Origin: Octopus bimaculoides
Lineage: Eukaryota
DNA length: 64,000 nt
Direction of reading: 5' to 3'
Assembly: GCF_001194135.2 (NCBI RefSeq)
Contig: NC_068984.1
Span: forward strand, 49,035,118-49,099,117
Numbering within the stretch: the first letter of the stretch is position 1; each line of letters opens with the position of its first letter. The notes under the pieces are model-generated. The model was not told the DNA's origin, did no database searches, and saw nothing but the letters and a program-made list of their open reading frames with translations. The translations under genes were made by a program, and so were the position numbers. Positions 12,269 to 25,999 of this stretch are shown here, in pieces.

Positions 12269-13298
12269 AATAAAGTTCATTACATAACATTTTTCCGGTG
12301 TTATATCTTTGCTAATATATGTATATATATNNNNNNNNNNATATACATACATACATATATATACATATATCAATGTAAAGTGTCACCTTCGCGGCCGGTC
12401 GTAGATAGGCAAAGCACGACGCCCAGAAATACCAGTAGCACATATAACAAATGTTTTAACCAAATTTTTATTTAGATTGTATTTCTTTCTGATCCTGTTG
12501 TGTATAATGTAGTAACATTCAATGAAAATTTTCTTCGTCTGCAATTACTGTAACTGTTTATTACACACTGTGCATTGTCCTAGTTCTTTTGTTTGCATGT
12601 ACTGGGATTCAATGATTCCGATATATTTCGGTTTTCCTATGCCAAATTTAATTTACATTCTTTTAATGGTTAGTGTAAAGCTACAGTACATGATCTCATA
12701 CTATATTCCAGTATACCGTCACAATATCGTGTTCACATGCACTTAAGTTTAGATTACTTTCTGCGAAACGACTTTAAGATAATTTTAAATAAATTTATGT
12801 ACAATGAATTTTTTTTTTCCACAAAATAGTCTAGCAAAATAGGGTTGGGCGTCATACACTGGCAAATAGGGTGTGTATATTGGCACCTGTGAATATAACG
12901 GCCTCCAAAAAGTCCCTTATAAATAATTAATTCGTTGTTATATTTGATATTGTTTTGTTTTTGTCGTGCTTAACCCCATATCTTCCTTGATAAACCCGAT
13001 CTATAATGAATTGTAATTCCAGTTTTGTTAACTCTGTCGTCGTTGTTATTTGTTATCTGATATGCCATTGTAAGAAGGTAGTTTTAGAGATATTCGGTTG
13101 TCATTTCTAGCAGTTGAGTGACCTTGTACAGTAACTACTTAAATTAATTTTCCAGGAGGGGAATACACAATGCTGAACATAATATTAAACAAAACTATTC
13201 CACGTGCTTAGCAGTACGCATTCTAAGACTTTGTTACTAGCACCCTGTGTATTTTACATGAGATAAATTTGTTTTTCTGCTTGTGTGCGAATGTATGG

Positions 13299-13333
<35 letters not shown>

Positions 13334-14406
13334 CGTGCGTGTGCGCGTGCGCGTGCAAGCGCGCGTGCGTTCATTTAAGTGCGTATTTTGTAGTTGGTTC
13401 TTCAGTTACCTGAAGATCATGAAACATACATGTTCAGCAGATCGATCAAGTGAAATCTGCTTCCATTGAACGAATAAGGACTCAAAGCATTGAGTATTCT
13501 CCCCATTTCCCCCATAAATAGACACAAGTTAACGTATACATGTTACTATTTGTTTGTTTGTTTGTTTACTTGCGTTTGTGAGTATAGGTGTATGCACCAG
13601 TAAATTAAGTAACTTATGTACTTACGTATGTTTATCTACATGTGTGTTGTATTATATGTGTATAAATTGAGCGAAATGTGTATCCATGTATGTGTATGCA
13701 CGTGTGTTTGTGTATGTGTGTGTATGTGGGTGGGTGTGTGAATATTTATTCAGACATATATTGAAAAGTAGTTGAAGATAATTTAGTTAATGTTGAGGAA
13801 ATATTAAGCCAATTTAATTAATGGTATGTAAATTCTGTTTATGCTGCAATACTTATTTAATCCTATTAGCTAAAGTGTCAATTTTCCCAATGTTTCTAGG
13901 TGCTGTTATAAATCTTTCCGAAAGGGTTGTTGTTTGACACATTGTTACCAATGAAAGCTTAAGAGATTCCAGGAAGCACTTAGATATCTATAAATGTACT
14001 ATGCTGACAAGTAATTGTGTGCCCAATAAGTATGAAAGCATTTTCAACGTAAAATATGTTTAAATCTTATCTTTTATTTATTGGAAACTGTATCTGTAAA
14101 TAAACCATGACAAACAGGCGGGGAAGAAGCTATTTTGTTGATCCTATCCGATATAAGGTAAAAGTACCAGTTATTTGACTTAATAGACATGAACTGATTT
14201 CAAATGCAGTTATAATAATTGCATTGGCTTAGTAATATGTTAGTACTATCCGGTTGAGGGTTTATGGAAAAGCACAATAGAGTAGATTTTACGATAAGGG
14301 TGACTGGAAATAGGCGTGTATAGTTAGATAGAGAGCTAGATTGATAAGTAGATAGATAGATAGACAGATAGATAAATAGACAGATGGGTAGATAGATAGA
14401 TAGATG

Positions 14407-14438
<32 letters not shown>

Positions 14439-15258
14439 CATACATACAAGCATATATATTATAAATGCATACACACATTCACATATATATTTACACTCAC
14501 ACACTCATATGTATGTGCATATATATATGTGTGTATCCGTGTGTGTGTGTGTGTGTGTGTGTGTATGGATATACATATATATACAATTAAATAATATATA
14601 TGTATAAATGTACATATATATATATAATAATAAATAATGTATATATATGCTTATAGGGGTACAGGACGTCACCAACTGCGCAAACAACATGAAATACGTA
14701 AACAAACAAGTTAAGTACGTAAACAGCGAGAAAACAAACAGAAAACAGGACGAGTAAACACAGAGAAAGGAGCCTTCATTAGTTATCGGCTGACTATCTA
14801 CTACTCTTTTCGCGCATTCAGCGACAATATGAGTCTTCAAAGAGAGTTGCTCCCATTAATTCTAAAATAAAATTCAGTATTTATAGAGGGTCAAAGCTGG
14901 GAACAAAAACGGGACAGTGAAAACATACAAGGAAACTGAACGAAAACAAACAGACCAGGACGAGAGGAAAATAGTGAACGCTCGGAGAAATATTCTCTTT
15001 GAAAAGAGCAAATATAGAAGAGAGTGAAAAAAGACGTGCAGTCTTTTGAATGTCCGTGCAGAAAAGGAATATGGACGATGGTTACGTGCGAGCAACGAGA
15101 CAGTGAAAAAGAGAAAGAAGGGGAGAGAGAGACAGATAGAAAACGGTGAAAGAGGGAGGGAGAGAAAAAAGGATATACAGAAGGATGGAGAAGGAAACAG
15201 TATAGAGTAGAGTCGCATCAAAAAGGTGAAAATAAATGGAGGCGTTGCGTTCAATTAA

Positions 15259-15339
<81 letters not shown>

Positions 15340-16462
15340 TTATATATATATATATACATATGCATATATATTTATACATATATATATATATACATACACA
15401 CACATATATGGCTGTGTATGTATGTGTTTTCATGTATGCTTTTGTGTGTGCTTGTGTGTGTGAGTGTGTATACACACGCACGCATACTTTTCTTTGAAAC
15501 AGATTATGACATCCATGACTTATGGGAAACGGGAAATGAAATGACTAGAGTTTGAAAAGTCATTTCTGCAATGTGGGTGGAACAGTTTAGTCTCTATACT
15601 CGAATACGCAACAATATTACTTGGTCTAAATTTATTGTGAAACATTGCTGCGCAGCATACACTTTGTAAAACCATTGTGAAAAAGGCTTGGTTAGGAAAA
15701 TGTTAAGCACTAATAGAAACCTCAACCAAATGAGTTTCTTCTTTGATATCTGTCTTTACGATGACAACATCTTTTTCTTAACGAGAGTTTGCTTTCATGA
15801 GTCTTACGATCTTCTTGAAAAGGTAGATGTAGAATATGCAGGTAACACTTCCGCACATAATTTTTTCTTCTCTCTCCAGAAACATGAATGTGTTTCCACG
15901 TTGATAATTTTTTGCTTAGCATGTTGAGAAAGTCACTGTAGGATGTTTTTATCGTTTTCGTTGCTTATAGTTTTCCTCTTGCTGAGAGTGACAGACCCCA
16001 GTCATAAGCGCATTTAACAATCTCTATGCACATCCATGTCTCTTCAGACAAAACGAAAACTATGCACGAACATGCAGCTGCACACATCATAAACCCATCA
16101 CATTCTCAGTTGCAACACTATTAATCAAAACGCATGCAAGAGACACATTATATGTAATAAAATACTATCATTCATTAATTAAAAAAACATGAAATATCAT
16201 TCGGCTTAACTCTCCGCACAATTATAGAGTGATCTTTAATTCCCATGTTGCAAGTGTTTCCAAACCTTATCAATAGGTTTTTTTTTTACCCCGTTCATGT
16301 TCCCTTGTCAATAGGTTTTTTCCCTGCTCATATTCCCTCGTTGCTAAACCAGATGCAAATTGAAAGAACGTCAAGAATCATTCACACACATACACACACA
16401 CACACACACAATCACACATACACACACACAATTTGTCCATTATGAAACACGCATATCTAACA

Positions 16463-16499
<37 letters not shown>

Positions 16500-17067
16500 G
16501 TAGTTGTATACTGTCAACTTAATGTGACAGTCCCACAACGGGAATAATACTACTGCTATTTAGCCCTAGGAAGCCTCACCGCTCCCTGTCGGCCTTGACG
16601 CATTTCCTGCTTCCTTATGTTTACATGGGGGAGATAAGCACTTCCCCTCAACTAAACCAGTATCCAGAGACTAGTTTCTGAGTCATTGCTCGTCATCAGT
16701 CTGGAGTAACATGGCTTGCTAGTTGGAGATGCCTGTCTAGCCCTTGTTAACATATAATAATTCAAGGGAAATACATTCACTGATTTCAAAAATAGAAATA
16801 ATACATTACTAAATCGCTCAGAGAGATTTAGAAATTTATTATTTATATATTCCCTGTCTGCTCTCACATCAAAGCAAATGTCGCATTTTCTCGTTCTCCT
16901 CTCTTTAAATTTTTTCTCTCTTCAATGCATAAATAAATTTTTTAAATTATGGAAATTAACGAACAATCATATGATCCCATCTGATCAATCATATGATCGA
17001 GTTGACAACCTTGCTGCTTCAGACGAAGGAATGCCATAAAATAGCTTCCTTTGGCAAACACACGTGC

Positions 17068-17119
<52 letters not shown>

Positions 17120-17138
17120 TCACACTAGGTGAAACTTC

Positions 17139-17914
17139 TCTATATACTACGTAATTTCTTGCTGTGTGCACCCGTAAAATTACAGCTCAAATCCAACTGA
17201 AATGACCCCTTTATTTTCTGTAATTCGTGTTTGTGATGAGCGTATTTAGAAACGTGATCTTCGATATAAACTTAAAGGGAAATTGTCCCTAGAAATCCTG
17301 CCCTTTACCTGTTGTTTCTAGCAAGTACAAAGTGACATTTGCGACTCGCCTTTATTTTTTTCCCAAATGTCTTCTTATTCCTCTGTTTTTTGATACAGGA
17401 GATTAAGGTGTCGCCCCCAAATGACGTTCTCAATAATTTAATTTTCTCCCTCCCCACCCCAACTTCTTTGTTTTACTTTTCTCCAAATTATTTTCTTTGT
17501 AATCCACGGAGAAAAAAAAAACAGTTTATACAAATCTTTAAGAATTTTCGTCTTGTTTCTACGTGCATAAAAAGAAAATTCGACCAAAGTTACAAATTAA
17601 GAAATCGCGGTGGGGACGGGGTGGGGAATTAAAATTTTGAAAGCGTGATTTCTGGACAAAATTGTATTAATCCCACTTTTATACGATGAAACAAAACATA
17701 GATTATGATCCTTCTTAAGAACAGAAAGTACTTTCATGCAAACCTTTGCAAATTGCAGCCTTTTCCCGCTTCACTTTTAAACAAACAATAACATTATGTC
17801 AGTAATTCAGTTCACTATATATTAGCTGTGCCGATTCTGCCCATAAGAATGGAACAAATAATACAATGTGGTTGTAGGTCTTAACACCCGGGCAACGCCC
17901 GGATGCTTTGCTAG
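17139..17914 (+). mobile_element. Putative non-autonomous Helitron
   Basis: 3' hairpin CCGGGC-aac-GCCCGG (17888-17902), 8 nt spacer, then CTAG|T (17911-15), which is the canonical Helitron 3' terminus. The TCTATATACTAC 5' end at 17139 is tentative. Confidence 0.55.
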
Positions 17915-19186
17915 TAATTTCAAGAAATGACTGGAATTGATGAATCCTTGCAAATACCTTGCTATTTATTGAAGAATTTCAAAACCCCAACTGGCTAAAA
18001 TAGCTCAACTCTCTCACAAGATACTTAATATCCCCTAAGGAATAATTATTTGAAGAAGAAAAAACTTTCATTTACTCATTAATAGTAAAGCAATAGCTGC
18101 CTTCTTTGCTTAGTCGTAGATGAAAAGAACACGTGAATAGATGAAAATATATAACGGGTTCTTTCCAAGATGTCTGAATAGGCGAACGCATAAAATATTT
18201 TCTCGTGTTTATTTCAGTGCACACAAAAATATATACTATGTACTCTTTTCTAACCATAACTCCAAGTATTTCTGAATATTTTTGATTGTATATTGCCAAA
18301 TATTTCTGCAATCTGAAACAAGTGCATTTGTCGACTGAAAGTCAATTCAATTTGTAATGAAATAAGCAATCTAATTTATCTGTTGAATACCTTCCCGTTC
18401 GTAAAAACTAAAAACTCGTTTACTTATGAATACATACATGCACGCTGGTGCACACGCACATACGCACATATATACATATATATATGCATTTATGTATGTG
18501 TGATTGTATGTGTATGTACATACATGAATAGGTACATGGAATTATTATAAATTTATGACTAAGATCTAAGTACAATTTAAGTTACGAACACAGAAGACAT
18601 TTTCGCCGATTACAATAAGGAGTACTTGTCAGACCTTGTTGTTTGAAACTAAGACGTAAATCTTATTGAAATGCGTACATAAATATATATATATTTGGTT
18701 AAGGTGGATTTGTGCATGTGAGACTATAAAACTTTCAGCGATACTGTTACTTAACCAAAACCGGTCTCAACACTTTCCTCACTACTAACAGAAAACATTT
18801 TCACTAATGAGTCTACCAGCTGTCACAAGCTACTTCAGTTTATTCAGTGATGTCATAAGAGACTTCACTACAACGCGTCCATTTCAAGGGTACTATCACT
18901 ACCACATCGCTTTTAAATTCTCATCGTCAACGGCTCCCAATCTTTCTTCTATGTTACCGTCAAAGCCTCTGCAAACACCATTAACATCATTGTCAGTTTG
19001 CTCAATTTTCAAGAAAAGAAGGCAGATCACCTACAGATCACTTTCTACCGCCCTTAAAACTACACACTTTGGACTAAGAGTGCAAAATACAGAAAATGGT
19101 AACTGGTTCAGAGCCACTACATTTTTAAGTATAGGTCTTCCAAATAATCAAGATTAATCTAGGACTAAACAAACATACTACTGCTG

Positions 19187-19519
19187 AGATCCCCTTCGGT
19201 CATGACTGACCATAGAATTGCACCTAGAAAGTTACCCTCCCAGGTACAAGTCCGGGCAAGGTTGTTTATGGAAGACCAGTAGTCGCCCATGCATTCCGGC
19301 CTCCCCTCTCCACGCCACCAGTGTTATCCAAGGGAAAGGCAAAGGCCGATACAGTTTGGCACCTGTAACGACGCAACTCATTTCTACAGCTGAGTGAACT
19401 GGAGCATCGCGAAATAAAGTGTCTTAATCAAGAACACAACACGCAGCGCGGTCCAGGATTCGAACTCACAACCTCACGATCGTAAGCTCGACGCTCTAAC
19501 TACTGGGCCATGCGCCTTC
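19187..19519 (-). mobile_element. tRNA-derived SINE (family C) with an RTE-type 3' tail
   Basis: Head GGCGCATGGCCCAGTAGTTAGAGCG...CTTACGA...GAGTTCGAATCC (A and B boxes), a central GTGTTCTTGATTAAGACACTT...CTCAGCTGTAGAAATGAGT domain, and a tail matching the RTE end at 8404-8432. Confidence 0.85.
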
Positions 19520-20025
19520 ACACAACCATACTAACAATATTAAATATTTNNNNNNNNNNNNNNNNNNNNNNNNNNNNNNNNNNNNNNNNNNNNNNNNNNN
19601 NNNNNNNNNNNNNNNNNNNNNNNNNNNNNNNNNNNNNNNNNNNNNNNNNNNNNNNNNNNNNNNNNNNNNNNNNNNNNNNNNNNNNNNNNNNNNNNNNNNN
19701 NNNNNNNNNNNNNNNNNNNNNNNNNNNNNNNNNNNNNNNNNNNNNNNNNNNNNNNNNNNNNNNNNNNNNNNNNNNNNNNNNNNNNNNNNNNNNNNNNNNN
19801 NNNNNNNNNNNNNNNNNNNNNNNNNNNNNNNNNNNNNNNNNNNNNNNNNNNNNNNNNNNNNNNNNNNNNNNNNNNNNNNNNNNNNNNNNNNNNNNNNNNN
19901 NNNNNNNNNNNNNNNNNNNNNNNNNNNNNNNNNNNNNNNNNNNNNNNNNNNNNNNNNNNNNNNNNNNNNNNNNNNNNNNNNNNNNNNNNNNNNNNNNNNN
20001 NNNNNNNNNNNNNNNNNNNNNNNNN

Positions 20026-21115
20026 GAACTCAGAATGTAGAGACGGGCGAAAAACCGGTAAGCATTTTGCCCGGCGTGCTAACAATTCTGCAGCCATAAT
20101 GGTGGTTGTAATATTAAAGGTTGTTAATAAGGCAGCGAGCTGGCAGACTACCCTCCCCTCACCCGGACTTGCTAGCCATATTCCAATATTTGAAATTAGT
20201 ATTACTACCACCATGTAAGGCGGCAAACTGGCGGAGTCGTTAGCACGCCGAACAAAAATGCTTAGCGACATTTCGTCCGTCTTTACATTCCGAGCTCAAA
20301 CTTCGTCGATGTCAACTTTTGCCTTTCATCTATCCTTTCGGAGTTGAAAAAATAAGTACTGGTAGAGTACTGGAGTCGATATAATTGATTTACCACTTTG
20401 TTGGCCTTGTACAAAAATATGAATCCACCACAAGGCAGCAAGGAGGCAAAATTGTTCTGAATTTAATCTCAACCTTTTGGTATTGATAAAATAAGTACCA
20501 TTGACCTGGCAGAATTGTTAGCACGCCGGAGGAAATTCTTAGGACTCCGACTTTACTCTCTGGGTTCAAAACTGACCGAGAAAGACTATGCCTTTTACCT
20601 TTACAAGGTCGATAAAATAAGCACTGAGGACGACTAATCAACTCACTACGTCACCTCCAAAATTTCAGTTTCATGTTATAGAAAGAATATTGGTTTTAAA
20701 TTTTGGCAGAAGACAAGCAGTTTTGGGGGAGTAGTAAGCCGATTACATCTACCCTAATGATCAACTGGTACTTATTTTAAAACCCTGAAAGAATGAATGC
20801 CAAAGTCGACGTCGGCGGAATTTGAACTCAGAACGTAAAACCGGACGAAATACCGCTAAGTATTTCGCCCGGTGTGCTAATGATTCTGTCACCTCACTGC
20901 ATTAGCCAATAGAAAGAATAATGATTTCAAATTTTAGCACGAAGCCAGCAACTTCAGGGCGTGGGGTAAGTCGATTATATCGAACCCAGTGCTCGACTGG
21001 TACTGAAAGGATGAAAGGCAAATTCGATCTCGGCAGATTTGAACTCAGCGTAAAGACGGACGAAATGCCGTTAACCATTTTGCTCAGCGCGGTAACGATT
21101 CTACCAGCTTTAGCC
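20026..21115. mobile_element. Cluster of about seven full or partial copies of SINE family A in mixed orientation
   Basis: Recurrent GGC.GCGAGCTGGCAGAAT.GTTAGCACGCCGGGCGAAATGCTTAGC...GAGTTCAAATTCC...GCCTTTCATCCTTTCGGGGTCGATAAA.TAAGTACC. Approximate copies: minus 20026-20095; plus 20130-20190, 20217-20425, 20432-20495, 20500-20690; minus 20695-20900, 20925-21115. Confidence 0.85.
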
Positions 21116-21339
21116 TATGGAAACAACATTACCAATATCATATCAAACCCCTCCAACAAGGCAAGAAGGATGTTTCTAACTTGTTGCTCTAGTTGGAAGA
21201 AACAATTGCCAATTTACTGTCAGATGATACCCCAACTTCTTTAAATAAAGTGCTATGAGATAATATATATAGTCTCACAATGCATGAATAAAAGGCAGAC
21301 AGTATGGCCGTGACTCAATTTCCTTAGGCCTGAGACTAT

Positions 21340-21520
21340 GCAACAGAGCAACAACAACAACAACAAAAACTACTACTACTACTACTGTTGTTACTGCTGC
21401 TGCTGCTACTACTACTACTACTACTACTACTACTGTTGNNNNNNNNNNCTGTTGTTACTGCTGCTGCTGCTGCTGCTACTACTACTACTACTACTACTGT
21501 TGTTACTGCTGCTGCTGCTG

Positions 21521-21559
<39 letters not shown>

Positions 21560-21560
21560 G
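21340..21560 (+). repeat. (CAA)/(CTA)/(CTG) trinucleotide array with a gap-flanking duplication
   Basis: Directly visible. The sequence on each side of the 10-N gap is near-identical. Confidence 0.9.
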
Positions 21561-22600
21561 CCAGCTTATTGCAAATAGCAGCAAATTTATTTTCTCGATT
21601 TCTCAATTCACACGCTAAATACTTAATAAACGGTAAGAGCACATTAAATAAAATGATCCAAGGTACCCTCCTCAATATCACCACCAACAGCGCCACCACT
21701 CCCATCATCATACGTCACCAACATCGTCGTTAGCCTATGCACTATCACCGCCGCTGTCATCACCGTTATCACTACACGCTATCACCACCACTATCGCCAC
21801 TACCACCGTAACAACAACTACTACGGTCACCAACACAATTACCACTATCAGCACTATCACCATAGTCACCACTGTCACCACTATGATCCTAACCACATCC
21901 ACTGTCAGCGTTACGATTCCCACTCACCACCGCCAGCACTACCATACTCAGTGCCACTAGCGCCACAAGTATTCCCATCAATACCACCAACACATACACC
22001 ACCACAAATGCCACTTCTTATCATTAATACCACCGCTCATCACTGCCTCCACCACCAAAATCACCTACAACACCACCATCCCTACTACCACCACACCGCC
22101 ACCAACAACTTTATCAACACAATCACCGCCACCGTCATCTCCATCCTTACCACCTTCGCCACCGTCACCAACACCGTTACCTACCTCCCCCCATGTCTCA
22201 CTACTTCCTTTATTCCCTCAAATACCCACAATAACTCGATTCGACAATGCCCGACCGCTACCAACACCACTTTCACCGGCATCAAGCCAGTATTTACAAC
22301 TTTACATTTATATCCCTACCTCTCCACTAATATCACCACCATCCCACGCCAGCATTAACGCCACTGCCACCCCACCATAATAAGTGTATATACTAGGAAA
22401 GCAGTACTATCACCAGCATTAAAAACTATCGCCTATACCGTTAACACTACCAAAACTCTTTCCCATACATATAAATAAATATATATACATATATATATAT
22501 AAGATTGACCAGTGACCGGTCTGTCAATATGCTCTTTTAATGTGCTAGTTTCCTGGTATTAAATTGATATTAATTAATATCGAATTTTTACCATATTATG

Positions 22601-22632
<32 letters not shown>

Positions 22633-22757
22633 NNNNNNNNNNNNNNNNNNNNNNNNNNNNNNNNNNNNNNNNNNNNNNNNNNNNNNNNNNNNNNNNNNNN
22701 NNNNNNNNNNNNNNNNNNNNNNNNNNNNNNNNNNNNNNNNNNNNNNNNNNNNNNNNN

Positions 22758-22814
<57 letters not shown>

Positions 22815-22894
22815 GTATATAATTATAAAGATGTAATTATAATAAAGGATGCTGATAAACAATATCAGCATGCTAGAGATAGACGCCAAATTGC

Positions 22895-23180
22895 GCTGAA
22901 GTCACATCGCCTCCAGAATCCTCAAAACAATCATATTATCTGCTAGAAATAGCAGCCAACACTTTCTCAAATAAAATCTAACCTTCTATAATTTTTTTTT
23001 TTTTAAATATCAGAAAACACACATTAGAACATGTTATCCTTGGTAAACTATAATAAATAAATAAACAAACAAATAAATAAATAAATAAATAAATAAAAAC
23101 GCAATAGTCATGGTTAGAAAGCCTTTGGTTATAGAGCATGATGAAGGATGATCTGGGGCTAAAATAACACAAAGCTAAAG
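22895..23180 (+). mobile_element. Interspersed repeat (family D) ending GGGGCTAAA-(AAC)n
   Basis: Shares CTGCTAGAAATAGCA(G/A)C (22940 vs 23444) and the terminal G.GCTAAA with the copy at 23430-23635. Confidence 0.55.
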
Positions 23181-23429
23181 CAACAACAACAACAAACCCT
23201 TGCACTACATCACTCGGTATCATCACCATCTATAATTTGACTCCCATCGCAACCGAAATGCATTAGTAATATGACTGTTGCCATCACCACCACAACCACT
23301 GTTGGTATCTGAACATCATCACCACCTCCGTAATCAACCTACCGTCACCAGTATCATCATGATCACAATTATTAACAATAGCAGCAGAAGCAGCAACAGC
23401 AGCAACAACAACAACTAATAGTGTCCTAA

Positions 23430-23635
23430 CGTGATCGCGGGAACTGCTAGAAATAGCAACTAAATCTGATTCCAATCTCACCCACGGGTCTTATAAAAAG
23501 GGAATGGAATCATTAGATAATACAGTCCTACATGCAACTAAAATTACAGGATGGTTACTGTTGAAGTACCTCTTACCATAGATCTGTTACCTCAGAATTT
23601 ACCCGGAGCTAAACTACTGAAACAATATTGTCAGC
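23430..23635 (+). mobile_element. Second copy of interspersed repeat family D
   Basis: CTGCTAGAAATAGCAAC at 23444 and CCCGGAGCTAAAC at 23602, colinear with 22895-23180. Confidence 0.55.
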
Positions 23636-24439
23636 AACAATACTATCAACACCGCCACATCTAAATCCAGTACTACGCCATCATCTCGGTCGCCACAACA
23701 GCAGCGACTACAATTTTCATTGTTGCAATTTACTCACTTAATATTATCGCCAACAGCAACTCTGTGATTTCAACTACTTGACCACTTATCTAACTACCGC
23801 TACAATCCCGTTATCTCCAACGTATCTTCTCCATTGGATCAGATGGTGATCACCACCACTCGCTCCACAACCCAATTACCAGTGTTCACTACAAACACAT
23901 CTAGTAATCATGCTATACACCTAACTTCTACCAGTACTACTACTCTCCCCACAAGAACTAAAACCGTCGATCCCACCATCACCAGAACTACCATTACCTA
24001 TCCCCACCACCACCACCTTCTCCGTAACCAAAGCCACTTGGCCATAAGCACAACCAATACTAATTCTATAAACTCCGTTTCCACTCCCACAGTCGTTACT
24101 CACTTCACGAAAACCAGACCCGCAAAGCTTTACCAACACCTTAGTCAGAACAATCAACTTTCACCAACTCCTTCATCGCTGCAACTACCTTTATCGTCAA
24201 TCCAATCCTATACAATCCCATCCAGAAGACTAGCAGTGCTAGTATCAATCAAACGAATCCATGAAAAGCTAACTGGTACCAATAACATACTATTTAGGGA
24301 TTGGATTATCATCAGGGATTATTTAACCGTCAATATCAAACTAATTAGCGGAATGATATCAGCGTCAACCAATGGTATCACATCAGTAGCTTCATAACGC
24401 CTAGCAGGCACCGCATGTTTCACATTTTCAGATGAAGGA

Positions 24440-24580
24440 CGGGGGTGAAATATATGTGCACGTGTGCATGCGTGCGTATGCGTATGTGTGCGCCTGCATG
24501 CAAAGATGCGCTTGGTCATATGTGCACGTTTGTGTGTATGTGTATGGGTACGTATCCGTGTGTGTATATGTGTGTGTATG

Positions 24581-24636
<56 letters not shown>

Positions 24637-24750
24637 CATGTTTGTGTTGCGTGAGTGAATAGGTCCCTCTCATATTGGCATCAACAGGCATAATCAATAT
24701 TAGGAACAGCGGTTGCATTGCGTTTTCGGTGTCATCAGTCATCAACCTCA

Positions 24751-24812
<62 letters not shown>

Positions 24813-25040
24813 TGACTGCAATCCCTTTTACTACGACAATCATCACAATGACTACTAACAATACTACCACCAATGCTAATATTGCTGCTACTACTACTAC
24901 TATGATCACAATCATTACAATAACTACTACCACCACCACTACCACCACTACCATCACCACCACCATCACCATCACAAGCATTACTGTCACCAACACTATC
25001 ATTTCTACCACCACTACTACTACTACCATTACTACAGCTA
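24440..25040 (+). repeat. (TG)n followed by (ACT)n/(ACC)n microsatellites
   Basis: Directly visible. It generates the poly-T/poly-V ORFs. Confidence 0.95.
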
Positions 25041-25279
25041 TGCAGCTTCCACCTTATTATATGCCACCCGATTCTACCCTATTTCTGTCACCTTTCTCTC
25101 AACACTTCCTACGACTTCATATTCGTCCCTTACTGTCCCCTACTTTCTGACGTTTAATTTCATTTTCCAGTATCCTTTGTTTCTTCTGCTTTTATTTTCT
25201 CTTTCTGATTTATTGTCTGCCTTTTTTTTTGTTATTGAATTGTCGTTTATCTTCATCTACTAACACATCAACTTTCCGT

Positions 25280-25750
25280 CGGTCTTCTTCTTCTTCTTCT
25301 TCTTCTTCTTCTTCTTCTTCTTCTTCTTCTTCTTCTTCTTCTTCTTCTTCTTCTTCTTCGTCTGCTTCGTCTTCTTTCCCCCTTAGTTTTCTTCTTCTCN
25401 NNNNNNNNNNNNCGTCGGTCTTCTTCTTCTTCTTCTTCTTCTTCTTCTTCTTCTTCTTCTTCTTCTTCTTCTTCTTCTTCTTCTTCTTCTTCTTCGTCTG
25501 CTTCGTCTTCTTTCCCCCTTAGTTTTCTTCTTCTCTACTTCTTTCATCTTCTTTTCCTTCTTCTTCTTTTTCTTCTTCTTCTTCTTCTTCTTCTTCTTCT
25601 TCTTCTTCTTCTTCTTCTTCTTCTTCTTCTTCGTCTGCTTCGTCTTCTTTCCCCCTTAGTTTTCTTCTTCTTCTTCTTCTTCTTCTTCTTCTTTTTCTTC
25701 TTCTTTTTCTTCTTCTTCTTTTCTTCTTCTTTTTCTTCTTCCTTTCTTTT
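25280..25750 (+). repeat. (CTT)n array punctuated by three copies of a ~45 bp unit
   Basis: CGTCTGCTTCGTCTTCTTTCCCCCTTAGTTTTCTTCTTCT occurs at ~25359, ~25496 and ~25632. Confidence 0.9.
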
Positions 25751-25999
25751 TATAATATTTTTTTTGTTATGTTGGTGAATGTAAAAAAAAAATACCTTGT
25801 TCAATCATTATCTCCACCTCACTATCAGATTAACAACCAGAAGAACGATAATGATGATCATGTCATTCATTTGCCACAGGGTACCCGATGAGTGGGATAT
25901 TACAAAGGCAGGTTGAAATTTTTGTTGGGGGTACATAAATCGTGTACACATTAAGTTTACCAGATGGGGTAAATAAAATTGAATGTAGGCATTCTAGAC

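Noticed and set aside
19440-19519. tRNA-Arg(ACG)-like gene
   Set aside because: It is the head of a SINE that continues into a conserved body and LINE tail, with a second copy at 41129-41418.
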